A stretch of DNA of 59,852 bases from an uncultured Rhodopirellula sp. (lineage in GTDB: Bacteria > Planctomycetota > Planctomycetia > Pirellulales > Pirellulaceae). A program made the translations under genes and the position numbers. Numbering within the stretch: position 1 is the first letter of the stretch; each line of letters opens with the position of its first letter. The notes beneath the pieces are model-generated. The model did no database searches. It saw nothing but the letters and a program-made list of their open reading frames with translations, and was not told the origin of the DNA. Positions 29,109 through 39,115 of this stretch are shown here, piece after piece. The stretch is taken from contig CAXGAI010000026.1 in the NCBI GenBank assembly GCA_964007735.1, positions 1 to 59,852 of the forward strand. The letters run 5' to 3'.

Positions 29109-30152
29109 ATGGACTTGCCCAATCCGGATGAACCGCAACTAGCCATTGAATTGTCAGAGGACAATGTGCAAACACCATTGACGGATAGGGAGACGTTAAA
29201 CACCTCTCAAAACCGAGGGTCTGTAGAGTCGCCCTCCCCGCCCCAAGCTTCCTTAGGTAAGCCCAAACTATTAAAACCGTTGATTTGGTTTGGACTGACG
29301 CTGCTGAGTGTTTTCTTTGTAGCAGCCTTAAACTTTATGCCTTTGTTTTACTGGTTACCTCCGGGGTTCGGAGAAACTCAGTTTGATGCAATTGGGTTGC
29401 GAGCGACGATTTTAAAGAATTTGGATCAGGGTATTACTTATATGCTCTGCTCAATGGGAATCTTGCTGCTGCACGAGTTTGGCCATTACGTTGCAACTCG
29501 GATTTACCGTATCCCATCTACGTTACCCTACTGCATACCCTGTCCGATTAGTCCGGTAGGTACGTTTGGAGCCGTGATTCTGATGGATGGCCGTCAAGCG
29601 GACCGACGGCAGATATTTGATGTTGGTTTGGCAGGCCCGATTGCCGGATTGATATTGGCTATACCCATTATGTGGCATGGTGTGAGTACCCTTGATTTGT
29701 CAGAACCCGGTTACGGACCGTTTGAAATAGAATTGCCGGTTCTCGCGAAACTGATGTTTGAATGGAGTCATCCAGGCGTCGAGGCGCCTGACATGGTTGT
29801 CTTTTCTCAACTCACACCCACATTTGTTGCAGGCTGGTTTGGACTGGTGGTCACTGGACTGAATATGGCGCCTATGGGGCAACTCGACGGAGGTCATGTG
29901 ACCTATTGTCTATTTGGTAAAGCGGCTCACTGGATTGCCCGGGTCTTAATGGTACTGGTCATTGCCTATCAGGTTTATATGGAATCGATGATGTTTATTT
30001 TGATGATCATCATGATCATGGCGATGGGACTGGAGCATCCACCAACTCGAGATGATTCCGTGAAACTGGGCCCGGTGCGTTGGGTGATAGGAATCGTCTC
30101 TTTGATCATTCCATTCCTCTGCCTGGCGCCTACTATTATTAATGTTCGCTAA
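29109..30152 (+). CDS. Site-2 intramembrane metalloprotease (M50)
   Basis: HEFGH, GLAGP, LNMAPMGQLDGGH. Confidence 0.92.
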   Translation: MDLPNPDEPQLAIELSEDNVQTPLTDRETLNTSQNRGSVESPSPPQASLGKPKLLKPLIWFGLTLLSVFFVAALNFMPLFYWLPPGFGETQFDAIGLRATILKNLDQGITYMLCSMGILLLHEFGHYVATRIYRIPSTLPYCIPCPISPVGTFGAVILMDGRQADRRQIFDVGLAGPIAGLILAIPIMWHGVSTLDLSEPGYGPFEIELPVLAKLMFEWSHPGVEAPDMVVFSQLTPTFVAGWFGLVVTGLNMAPMGQLDGGHVTYCLFGKAAHWIARVLMVLVIAYQVYMESMMFILMIIMIMAMGLEHPPTRDDSVKLGPVRWVIGIVSLIIPFLCLAPTIINVR

Positions 30153-30273
30153 CGCTGACGTTAGCTTGATGGTGAGCAATTGGTATTTCCTTAGATGCCC
30201 ATTTTTGTTATCTATCCCAAGTTAAACTGTTCCGTTTATATGCCATGAACGAACTGATTTGGGGGAGAGCAAA

Positions 30274-32472
30274 ATGAAATCGTCTGCTGGCCGCGTCGTA
30301 CTTACGGGTCTCTTGGCCGTTAGTATGTTGGGAGGATCGGGATGGGTTGTCTATTCCAAGTTTTTGGGAGGTAGTGCTTCTACAGTCGGTGTGAATGCCA
30401 CTGATTCCGAAATAGTGGGATTGGTAGACCCGGACGCTGTCTTGAAAGGGGAGGATATCCCTCCTCCTAACGCCGAGGATTTCGATCGTCTTTCGATGAC
30501 CACGGACGCGTTTCCGGTTTCTGGAGATTCACAGCAGGAATTTAACGCCACGTCTTTAAGCTCAGGTGACAATAGTAGTGGTGATGAATTCGTTCTTGGT
30601 GCTACCGTGTCCGATCTGCCTGTCCAGGAAGACGCAGGTGACTCCTTTATCGTTGACGATCCAGCGGCGAATGCTGATGAGTTCACGATCTCAGACACTG
30701 CGGAGCTAACGACTGATTTACCAGTCGTCCCCGCGTTTGATGGTGAAGGAACAACTCAGTTTGAAATTGCAGATACGACTGATGACCCAACCCTTGCAAC
30801 ACCGATTGAAGAGGCTGGCGAGCTAGCTATATCAGACTCTCCAGTCGATTTAAGCTCCGATTTTACCGAGCTGCCAACGGCACCAGTGGATGGGACGGAT
30901 AATACTACAAACTCCGCGGAGTTGGAGGCCCCTGCCCAATTAAGCTTAACGGAAGAACCTAATCTAACGCCACTTTCGTTACTCGAAGATTCTGCCACTG
31001 AATTCCCGTCAGAAGATAATTCTTCCCCAAACTTATCTGAGGAAGGTTTGGCAGGTATCAGCCAGAGTCCCCAAGAGGAGAAACCCGGGAGTTTGCAGTT
31101 GGAAGGTCAGCAGACTCCAACACTGACAGTGGAAAAAGTCGCTCCGGCTGAAGTCCAGGTAAATCGCTCGGCTGTCTTCACAACCAAGATTAAAAATACA
31201 GGTAGTGTTTCAGCTCATGGGATTAGAGTGACAGACTTTGTTCCAAAGGGAGCCCGACTTGAAAGTGCTCATCCTGAATTCGTGCAGGCAACCGATGGCT
31301 CTATCCAGTGGACCTTGGGAACTCTTGAACCGGGTGACGAAGCCACGGTATCTATGAAGGTAGTGCCGCTTGCTGAAGGTGAAATTGGTAGTGTGGCCCG
31401 TGTCTCATTTGAAGCATTAGTGTCTGTTCGAACGGTGAGCACGCGACCTCAATTGAATATCATTCAATCGCTACCGGAGAAGGTTTTGATTGGTGAAAGT
31501 TTCCTGGTCAATGTGACAGTTTCTAATCCTGGAAGTGGAGATGCAACCGGGGTGGTGCTAGAGGCAGATATTCCTGCTGAATTGGCACATGTGGCTGGTA
31601 ATGAGTTGGAATATCCCATTGGTACGTTACGACCAGGCCAGCAAAAGCAAGTTGCATTGAGACTGACAGCCAAGATTGCCGGCGTGGTATTTAACACATT
31701 GACCGTTCGAGGTAATGGTCAGATGCAGGATCGTAGTTTACAGCAAATTGAAGTCGTAGCTCCTGACGTGCAGGTTGGACTGCGAGGTCCCAAGATACGG
31801 TATCTGGATCGTGAAGCAACCTATGCTGTTGACGTAGCGAATCCGGGAACGGCCTCGGCTAAAAATGTGAATCTCGTCGCGTTCCTATCAAAGGGTTTGA
31901 AATTTGTCTCGACTGATCACTTTGGCGAGTATGATACGAGAGAGCATGCTGTCTTTTGGAAGTTGGAAGAGTTGCCCCCGAATGTTCGTGATTCAGTCAA
32001 ACTGACTGCAGTGGCTGTCGAGCCCGGTGAACAGAAGATCGTACTTGAAGGTACTGCTGATTTAGGATTGAAGGACAGTTTTAACCATATTGTCCGTGTT
32101 GAATCTGTGCCAGAGTTGGAATTCAGCGTAAGAGATACGGCCGATCCAATTGAAGTGGGAACGGATACTACTTATGAGATTAAAGTGGTGAATCGTGGCA
32201 CCCGTACGGCAACCGGAGTTCAGATTTTCACGGCATTTCCCGAAAGCTTACGAGCGGTTCAGGGCGGCGGTCCAAGTGATCTTCGCATTGAAGGACAGAA
32301 TGCATTATTTGCGCCTCTGGATCGTCTGCCACCGAATCAGGAGGCTGTTTTCCGGGTGAAAGCTAAGGCCTTGGGGGCCGGCGACCATATCATCAAAGTA
32401 CAGATGATCTCCGATGATGTGAATATTCCTGTTACTAAAGAGGAAAGCACTCGCATCTATACGGACGATTAA
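30274..32472 (+). CDS. DUF11-repeat protein (OmcB-like Ig-fold repeats) with an N-terminal membrane anchor and long acidic linker
   Basis: Repeats of the type KNTGSVSAHGIRVTD..P.G...WTLGTLEPG; DTADPIEVG..TTYEIKVVNRG; C-terminal EESTRIY. Confidence 0.85.
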   Translation: MKSSAGRVVLTGLLAVSMLGGSGWVVYSKFLGGSASTVGVNATDSEIVGLVDPDAVLKGEDIPPPNAEDFDRLSMTTDAFPVSGDSQQEFNATSLSSGDNSSGDEFVLGATVSDLPVQEDAGDSFIVDDPAANADEFTISDTAELTTDLPVVPAFDGEGTTQFEIADTTDDPTLATPIEEAGELAISDSPVDLSSDFTELPTAPVDGTDNTTNSAELEAPAQLSLTEEPNLTPLSLLEDSATEFPSEDNSSPNLSEEGLAGISQSPQEEKPGSLQLEGQQTPTLTVEKVAPAEVQVNRSAVFTTKIKNTGSVSAHGIRVTDFVPKGARLESAHPEFVQATDGSIQWTLGTLEPGDEATVSMKVVPLAEGEIGSVARVSFEALVSVRTVSTRPQLNIIQSLPEKVLIGESFLVNVTVSNPGSGDATGVVLEADIPAELAHVAGNELEYPIGTLRPGQQKQVALRLTAKIAGVVFNTLTVRGNGQMQDRSLQQIEVVAPDVQVGLRGPKIRYLDREATYAVDVANPGTASAKNVNLVAFLSKGLKFVSTDHFGEYDTREHAVFWKLEELPPNVRDSVKLTAVAVEPGEQKIVLEGTADLGLKDSFNHIVRVESVPELEFSVRDTADPIEVGTDTTYEIKVVNRGTRTATGVQIFTAFPESLRAVQGGGPSDLRIEGQNALFAPLDRLPPNQEAVFRVKAKALGAGDHIIKVQMISDDVNIPVTKEESTRIYTDD

Positions 32473-32643
32473 CGGGCGTTTCTGAACTGTCCTTTGTAGC
32501 GTAGGAATACCGCACGCTTTGAGCCTAAGTTTCTTGGGTCTCCATCTACTGAACTCAACAATGATACAATCAGAGAGTTCGAATTGCCGTCCGAACTTCG
32601 GTTGAGCACGATCATTTCCAAGACTCTGGGACGCTGTGATACC

Positions 32644-34323
32644 GTGAAGCCTCCAAATTTAATAATTTTTCTGTTCAGTCTGATAATTGGCGTATTACCC
32701 ACGCTTAAAACCAATGCAGGAGACGACTACTTTCTGGGTGTCACTCGTGAGGGAAATGGCATTCCCTTGACAGCCTCGGCGGCATTTTTTGATGTCGGTA
32801 ATCGTGTCCCCCGAGTATTGGTGGTTGGTGGGGCGTTTGGGGATGAAACGAGCGATCATGTGAGTCGCTTAACGCGAAAGCTAGAAACAAAAAAAGAGAG
32901 TCTTTTTGCCTTTTGCCCAGATCTCTATCCAGACCACTCCGAAGGGAAGGCGACCACAAACGCCGAACTTAAAACGTTTTATCGTTCTAAGGCTAACCCG
33001 GAATTCCAATATTTGGTTGGTTGGGCGGCCTATCACCTGATAGATACGATTGTCTTCTTAGATCAATCACCATCTAACGAAGCGTTGTTCAATAAAGAGG
33101 CGGCCTCACGCAAATACCTGCTCGCTCATGCGAGTGATGACAACTCAGATCAACAATCCTTGCTAGATGCTATTTCAGCAGCCACTGAACATGTCGGTGT
33201 TCCTCTGGAAGCTCTAGTGTTGCGTTACGAAGACAACATTGATCGTGCTGCTCAATTGATTACTCAGATAGCTCATACCCAAGGGAAGAGTGCCACGCGT
33301 CAAAACTTTGAAACTCGTGCGATGGATTCGGAATTGGCGATCGAGCAATTGCTGAATGTTTATGGTCGCAAAATGGAAAGCATATCCTACATTCCGGCAC
33401 TGGCCGTCATGTCGCAAATTACGTGTCACCACTTAGGTTTTGAGAATGCGTTAAATGGAGATGAGACACGCAAAGTCGTTGAGTCCCTATTAAAAAAAGA
33501 TCTTCCGAAGAGCGGTTCTGGAATTGCTGGTAATCTCGTTTTTGTAACGCATCTTATGCACCCCCTCTATCCGGTGGAGTATCAGCAGAATTGCCGGGAA
33601 CGCGTTTGGCAAGTCGCTGGATTGTATGATGCTAATAAGACAGAGTTTGCTGGTCATCGTATGATGCCTTTTCATTCCCAGATGAGCGACGCCGTTTTTA
33701 TGGGGGGGCCGATTCTTTCGCTTGCCGGTAGTCTGGGGAAGTCTCAATATTTCAATGCCTGTATTTCACATCTTCAGGCATGTTCTGAAATGAACCAACT
33801 GGAAAACGGCTTATATCAGCATTCTCCGCTCAATAAAGCTGCCTGGGGGCGTGGTAACGGGTTTGCTGCATTAGGTACAGCGATGAGTCTTGTGCAGGTA
33901 CCTCAAAATACAAGAGGCTGGGCGGACTGTAAGCAGCGGTTTGTAAAACACATTGAAGCTCTGGTCCCATATCAGGGGCCAACAGGTAGTTGGCACCAGG
34001 TGATTGATCGCCCCGAGAGCTATCCGGAGTTCACCTCGACCTGTATGATTGCCGCAGCCATTAAAATGGCAGTCAATGGCGGAATTCTGAAAGCGGAAGA
34101 CTATCACCAAATTCTGCGAAAGGCAGAACTTGCTACGTTACGACGTATTGCATCAGATGGAGCAATTAACAACGTCTGTACCGGAACCGGTAAACAAATC
34201 GACTTGCGGGCTTATTATGATCGTGAAGCTTTACAGTCTCGGAATGACCGTGCCGGTGCAATGGCTCTGCTCTTTCTTACGCTTCAGTATCAGGACCAAC
34301 GGCTTCAAAAAAATGAACAGTAG
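32644..34323 (+). CDS. Glycoside hydrolase family 88/105-like protein with an extra N-terminal domain
   Basis: MSDAVFM, WGRGNGFA, QGPTGSWHQVID, ESYPEFTSTCM. Signal-like N-terminus from GTG 32644 (track start 32584). Confidence 0.8.
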   Translation: MKPPNLIIFLFSLIIGVLPTLKTNAGDDYFLGVTREGNGIPLTASAAFFDVGNRVPRVLVVGGAFGDETSDHVSRLTRKLETKKESLFAFCPDLYPDHSEGKATTNAELKTFYRSKANPEFQYLVGWAAYHLIDTIVFLDQSPSNEALFNKEAASRKYLLAHASDDNSDQQSLLDAISAATEHVGVPLEALVLRYEDNIDRAAQLITQIAHTQGKSATRQNFETRAMDSELAIEQLLNVYGRKMESISYIPALAVMSQITCHHLGFENALNGDETRKVVESLLKKDLPKSGSGIAGNLVFVTHLMHPLYPVEYQQNCRERVWQVAGLYDANKTEFAGHRMMPFHSQMSDAVFMGGPILSLAGSLGKSQYFNACISHLQACSEMNQLENGLYQHSPLNKAAWGRGNGFAALGTAMSLVQVPQNTRGWADCKQRFVKHIEALVPYQGPTGSWHQVIDRPESYPEFTSTCMIAAAIKMAVNGGILKAEDYHQILRKAELATLRRIASDGAINNVCTGTGKQIDLRAYYDREALQSRNDRAGAMALLFLTLQYQDQRLQKNEQ

Positions 34324-34617
34324 ACTTTCGAAAAGCAAATAGTCTTTTTTTGTTTCACGGTGGATTAAATTGTTTCCAACGCTAGTTCTCCGGGCAGCGT
34401 GGAATTTTACTGCACACAGAACTCAGTTGCACAGCCTGTCTTCAATCCGCTGTTAATGAAACGTTGAAGCCAAAGGAAGCTATTACACGAGAAATCGTTA
34501 TCGCTCACCTTAAATAACAACCCATTTGAGGGGTGAACCAGAGCAAAGTTGGGGCTTAGTAATGGTCGATATTAGATTTGTATAGTTGCCGTTTCTTGCG
34601 CGTGGTAAAATGAAAGC

Positions 34618-36030
34618 ATGAGAAAGAATAAGAAAATTAGGCGTCGAAGTGTTTTGCAAGCCGGCGGTGGTGTTCTTGGTGGGCTGGGGTTATCTCAGTT
34701 ACTCGAAGCCCAGGAGAACTCCACTTCAAACGCTAGTGTAGATAGTCCTGCGGTTATCTTTGTTTGGCTTCCAGGCGGACCTCCACATATGGAGATGTAC
34801 GACCTGAAACCTGATGCACCTGAAGACTACCGTGGAATTTACAAGCCCATTGGAACGAAGGTTCCGGGCATGGAAATTTGCGAACTGTTCCCGCTTCAGG
34901 CAAAGATCGCCGACAAGTTCAATATTATTCGCTCTGTCCACCATAACTTTGCCGATCATGGCGGTGGTCACAAACGATTCTTAACAGGTCGAATTCCAGC
35001 GACTCCCACGGGGACAGTAAATGATGCTCCCTGTGTGGGATCCATTGCGACGAAGAAACTTGAAAATTATCAAAATTCAAAAGGACTTTGTAATTACATT
35101 GTTCTTGGCAACAGCCGGGTAAATTCGGTAGACACCTTTGCCTTTGGTTCAGCATATCTTGGAAAGGAAACCCATCCTTTCAACGTTTCGGGCGATCCCA
35201 ACGCAGAAAACTTCAAAGTTCAAAATTTGTCTTTGAATGCCGGATTGTTTGAAGAGCGATTAAATAATCGAGTCTCACTTTTAGGCGACTTAGATACACT
35301 CCGCAAAGATGTGGAAACCAGTGGAGTGATGGACTCAATGGATACGTTCAATCAACGGGCCATTTCCATGATTACATCGCCTGAAGCTCATAAAGCATTT
35401 GATCTGTCACAGGAATCCGATGCTCTGCGTGACCGATTTGGTCGGCATGAATGGGGACAGCGAGCGATTCTTGCTCGGCGGCTGGTCGAAGCCGGAGTGC
35501 CATGGGTGTCGATCGTTATGGAAAACCCCTACGTTTCCGGAATCACGATGCCGGATTGGGGTGTATATAACTGGGATAGCCATGCAGTGAATTGCCATCT
35601 GTTCCGTGATTCGGAAGTGCGATTTCCCATTTATGATCAGGTTGTTTCAGCCATGATCGAAGATCTCTATGAACGTGGACTCGACAAACGAGTTATGTTG
35701 GTTGTGACAGGTGAATTTGGACGAACGCCTCGGATCACCGAGCGGCCAGGCACAAAATCTAAAGTTATGCAACCTGGTCGTGACCACTGGCCTAATTCGA
35801 TGAGCTTCATTGTATCTGGTGGTGGGATGCGAACCGGACAGGTGATTGGTGCAACGAACTCCCGTGGTGAAGAACCTGTCGCCCGGCCACTGACTCCTAA
35901 TGATCTCTGGGCGAGTGTGTATAAGCACCTTGGCATTAACTGGGAAGACTCATTCCCGGACTTTGGAGGACGTCCAATGCCGATCCTCCCATTCGGTGAT
36001 TCGATTGATGAATTAGCTCCTGTAGCTTAA
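34618..36030 (+). CDS. DUF1501 domain-containing protein, Tat-exported
   Basis: RRRSVL Tat-like motif, VWLPGGPPHMEMYDLKPDAP, LARRLVEAGV, WDSH, GEFGRTP, GRDHWP. Confidence 0.92.
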   Translation: MRKNKKIRRRSVLQAGGGVLGGLGLSQLLEAQENSTSNASVDSPAVIFVWLPGGPPHMEMYDLKPDAPEDYRGIYKPIGTKVPGMEICELFPLQAKIADKFNIIRSVHHNFADHGGGHKRFLTGRIPATPTGTVNDAPCVGSIATKKLENYQNSKGLCNYIVLGNSRVNSVDTFAFGSAYLGKETHPFNVSGDPNAENFKVQNLSLNAGLFEERLNNRVSLLGDLDTLRKDVETSGVMDSMDTFNQRAISMITSPEAHKAFDLSQESDALRDRFGRHEWGQRAILARRLVEAGVPWVSIVMENPYVSGITMPDWGVYNWDSHAVNCHLFRDSEVRFPIYDQVVSAMIEDLYERGLDKRVMLVVTGEFGRTPRITERPGTKSKVMQPGRDHWPNSMSFIVSGGGMRTGQVIGATNSRGEEPVARPLTPNDLWASVYKHLGINWEDSFPDFGGRPMPILPFGDSIDELAPVA

Positions 36031-36079
36031 CTCAGCTGATATCTTTATTTCGAATGAGCCGGGTGTGGCAGCCAGATGC

Positions 36080-39076
36080 TTATTGAAGCGAATTTAGATA
36101 GGAAAGCAGATCAGCCATTTGTTGCTTGTTCACCTGCTTTTCCAAACCCTCAGGCATAAACGACAGACCTGTACTTTTTAGCAGATCGATTTCAGAGCGG
36201 AGAATGGTGGTACTCGTACCATCTGGCTTGCGAACAGTGATGCTATTAGCACTTTCTTCTGAAATCATGCCAGTGATAGTCCGCCCGTTCAAATCTACGA
36301 TCACGTAAGTTAAGTATTTAGGTTTTACTTCCCGGTTGGGATCGAGAACATTCAGCAGTACCGCATCTAACCCGCGATTACGGATGCCGTTCAGGTCCGC
36401 ACCGACTTGATTTCCCACGTTTTCCAGGCGATGGCAGGCGGAGCAGTGTTTTTTGAATAATGCTTTACCACTTTCTGGTTCCCCTTTGAGATTCAGAGCG
36501 GCTTGATAGTCTTTGATGACCATTTGTCTTGCCAGATTAGCTGAACTGGCAAAGAGCTTGTTGACTCGTGATGCGATCGCTTTGTCAGGATGAACTTTTA
36601 GTAAGGTAATCCGGGCCGGATCCAATTCACCGCGTCCTACTTGTCCGTTTTCGACGGCATTAAGAAGTAATTCGGTCCATTTATTTCTGGACAGTAATGC
36701 TTCCGCCGCTCGCATTCTTAATGTCGGCCCCATCGTAGGCCAGCGTCTGATTAATATGCTCGCCACTCCGGCGTCCGTGTACTCGCTGAGGGTGTTAATC
36801 GCTGCTGCTTTGACCTGGAACGCCTCATTGACTGAAAGCAACTGCTCAAGCATCGGTGATGTGTCTTCAAAGCTGGCCAACTGAAGATTTTCAATGGCAC
36901 GCACACGGTCTGCATTAGTGAGTGTGGTATCCATTGCTGAGGTACTCGCTGACTCCACTAATTTCATGAGGACTTCGTTGGCTTGATTGCTGGTGAGTGC
37001 CAGAAGTTGTTCTCTTGCAGTACCCTGTACTTTACTTACCAAGCTTTCGATAAGAGGGGAGGACAACTTGTCATTTTCGCTGATGGTGTTAATGACAGCA
37101 GACACTTCGTGAGGTCGGTTCCTTAATCCGATCTGGCTGCATAACTCTTTTAGTAGCGTCATTCCGTTCTTATTGGCAACAAAAGCCTCATTGCTTGCTA
37201 AGGTGACCAGAACTTTATCAGCCCCTCGCCCCAAGGAGCTTAAAATAGCGATTTGCATCCATGAATTATTGACATCCTGAATTGCCAGCTTTGCCAACGT
37301 TTCATTCTTAGTACCGGCCAGCGCGGCTCCAATCGAGAACGCTAGCTGATATCGCACGCGGATATCATCGTCGTCGGCCATCCTACTCATCGCGTGCAAA
37401 ACAGCCGGAGCTTGATTGCAAAGCGATTCAGCACACTTTAAGGCATGCCAACGCACAATAGGTCGCTCGTCATCAAGTCCAGCCAGAACACTTGCTTCGT
37501 CTAAAGCATTCAAGCCATGAAGGTTGTATAGAGCCAGAAATCTCCCTTCGGCAGTCTGTCCTTTTGTAACCAATTGACGTAAGGGAGAGACCGCTGACTG
37601 GTCCTGACGTGTGTAAAGAAGTCTTCCTGCAACATCGCGGTGCCAACCGTTTGTGTGATCCAGTAACTTGACAAGTTCGAGGGTGCTGAGAGAGGAAAGT
37701 TTGGGAGTTTTTGAAACAAAACCCTGAGGAGCAATTCGGTAAATGCGTCCCTGATCGTTTCCACTGATAGGGTCTAAATGGTTCATAAATTCAGGCGGCA
37801 GAAAAGCGGCACCTTCGATGAGTTCCCGGGAAATATCTAAGACATATAATGAACCGTCCGGTGCGTTCATGAACTGGACTGGTCGGAACCAAAGGTCTTT
37901 AGAAGCCAGGAATTCCTTGTCCTGATCAGCGCGCTGAGCAACTAATTCGAGTCCCTTCGATTGAACATTGGCACGATAGATTAGATTGTTCGCAACGTCA
38001 CCAACAATTAAGTTACCGCGCATTTCCGTGGGCCAGGCATCACCACGATAAATGGTGATCCCCGTAGCCCCGGTGAAGAATCCAAATGGTTTACCACCTT
38101 CATCTGAGCCACGAAACTGCTTGGTTCGTCGCAACATGGTTCGTAATTCACGCCAGGGTTCTCCCTCGCTGATACGATACAAGCGCGTGAATTTACCATC
38201 CGGCGCGATCGAAACGGCCGCATTTGCAGCCTGCATCACTGAATTTCGGGAGAGATATCGATCGTCATACATGAGTGTCTCGGCAGGCACGCTGTTTTGA
38301 CATACAAACTTACGTCCCCAGTTATCCATGCTCATACCATGTTGTCCCCCGCCACTGGTTAATTCAAAGGTGGATTGATTTCGGGGATCAAAAATAAGAC
38401 CTCGTCCGCGCACTGAAACCGGCATCTGGTCATCATCAGTTCCCTTGACTTCGCCGCCAGACAGATTGGTCGAGAGATGAATGCGATTGTCGGGTCCCCA
38501 TCGGAAAGAATTCAGGTGAGCTTCTCCTGCGAGATCACTGCCAAAACCTGAAAAGACGATTCTATTTTCGTCGGCCACACCATCGCCATTAGTATCCTTT
38601 GCGTAATGAATATTGGGAGCAGCTCCAATGAATACCCCTCCATCCCAGCAAATGACGGCTGTTGGGTAGGGGATATCAGCAACAAAGGTTGTCGCTTTGT
38701 CATAGCATCCGTCGCCATCTAAGTCGACGAGTTGTTTGATCGCCCCCTTTTCGCCGGGGTCTTTTTTCGCCGCGTAGGCATTGTACTCTGGTAATTCACA
38801 GACATACATCCTGCCGTCTTCATCGATATCAATCGCGCCAGGATCCCGAATGAGTGGTTCCGTTGCAACGATCTGAACTTCAAAGTCCGGATGGATGACA
38901 AGTTTCCTCAGAGATTCCTCAGGCGTTGAGGCCGGGAGTCGTGGCATTTTACTGGCCAACTGGTCAATTCGTTTACTAATTTCCTCCGCACTGTCTTCGG
39001 GATCCTGAGACCAAAGAGCTGTCGCTACCAGCGAGCCGAAAATGATAGTGAGAATCAATGCGAATGATCGGAACAT
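36080..39076 (-). CDS. PVC-type heme-binding CxxCH protein (beta-propeller dehydrogenase-like + HEAT repeats + cytochrome c)
   Basis: VATEPLIRDP, FRPV..MNAPDGSLYVLD, GRIYRI, HEAT-like helices, KHCSACH, SFMPEGLE. ATG 39076 preferred. Confidence 0.9.
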   Translation of the reverse strand: MFRSFALILTIIFGSLVATALWSQDPEDSAEEISKRIDQLASKMPRLPASTPEESLRKLVIHPDFEVQIVATEPLIRDPGAIDIDEDGRMYVCELPEYNAYAAKKDPGEKGAIKQLVDLDGDGCYDKATTFVADIPYPTAVICWDGGVFIGAAPNIHYAKDTNGDGVADENRIVFSGFGSDLAGEAHLNSFRWGPDNRIHLSTNLSGGEVKGTDDDQMPVSVRGRGLIFDPRNQSTFELTSGGGQHGMSMDNWGRKFVCQNSVPAETLMYDDRYLSRNSVMQAANAAVSIAPDGKFTRLYRISEGEPWRELRTMLRRTKQFRGSDEGGKPFGFFTGATGITIYRGDAWPTEMRGNLIVGDVANNLIYRANVQSKGLELVAQRADQDKEFLASKDLWFRPVQFMNAPDGSLYVLDISRELIEGAAFLPPEFMNHLDPISGNDQGRIYRIAPQGFVSKTPKLSSLSTLELVKLLDHTNGWHRDVAGRLLYTRQDQSAVSPLRQLVTKGQTAEGRFLALYNLHGLNALDEASVLAGLDDERPIVRWHALKCAESLCNQAPAVLHAMSRMADDDDIRVRYQLAFSIGAALAGTKNETLAKLAIQDVNNSWMQIAILSSLGRGADKVLVTLASNEAFVANKNGMTLLKELCSQIGLRNRPHEVSAVINTISENDKLSSPLIESLVSKVQGTAREQLLALTSNQANEVLMKLVESASTSAMDTTLTNADRVRAIENLQLASFEDTSPMLEQLLSVNEAFQVKAAAINTLSEYTDAGVASILIRRWPTMGPTLRMRAAEALLSRNKWTELLLNAVENGQVGRGELDPARITLLKVHPDKAIASRVNKLFASSANLARQMVIKDYQAALNLKGEPESGKALFKKHCSACHRLENVGNQVGADLNGIRNRGLDAVLLNVLDPNREVKPKYLTYVIVDLNGRTITGMISEESANSITVRKPDGTSTTILRSEIDLLKSTGLSFMPEGLEKQVNKQQMADLLSYLNSLQ

Positions 39077-39115
39077 AATAGGTATCCAGCTTGTTTTTAC
39101 CAAAGCTTCTTCAAG

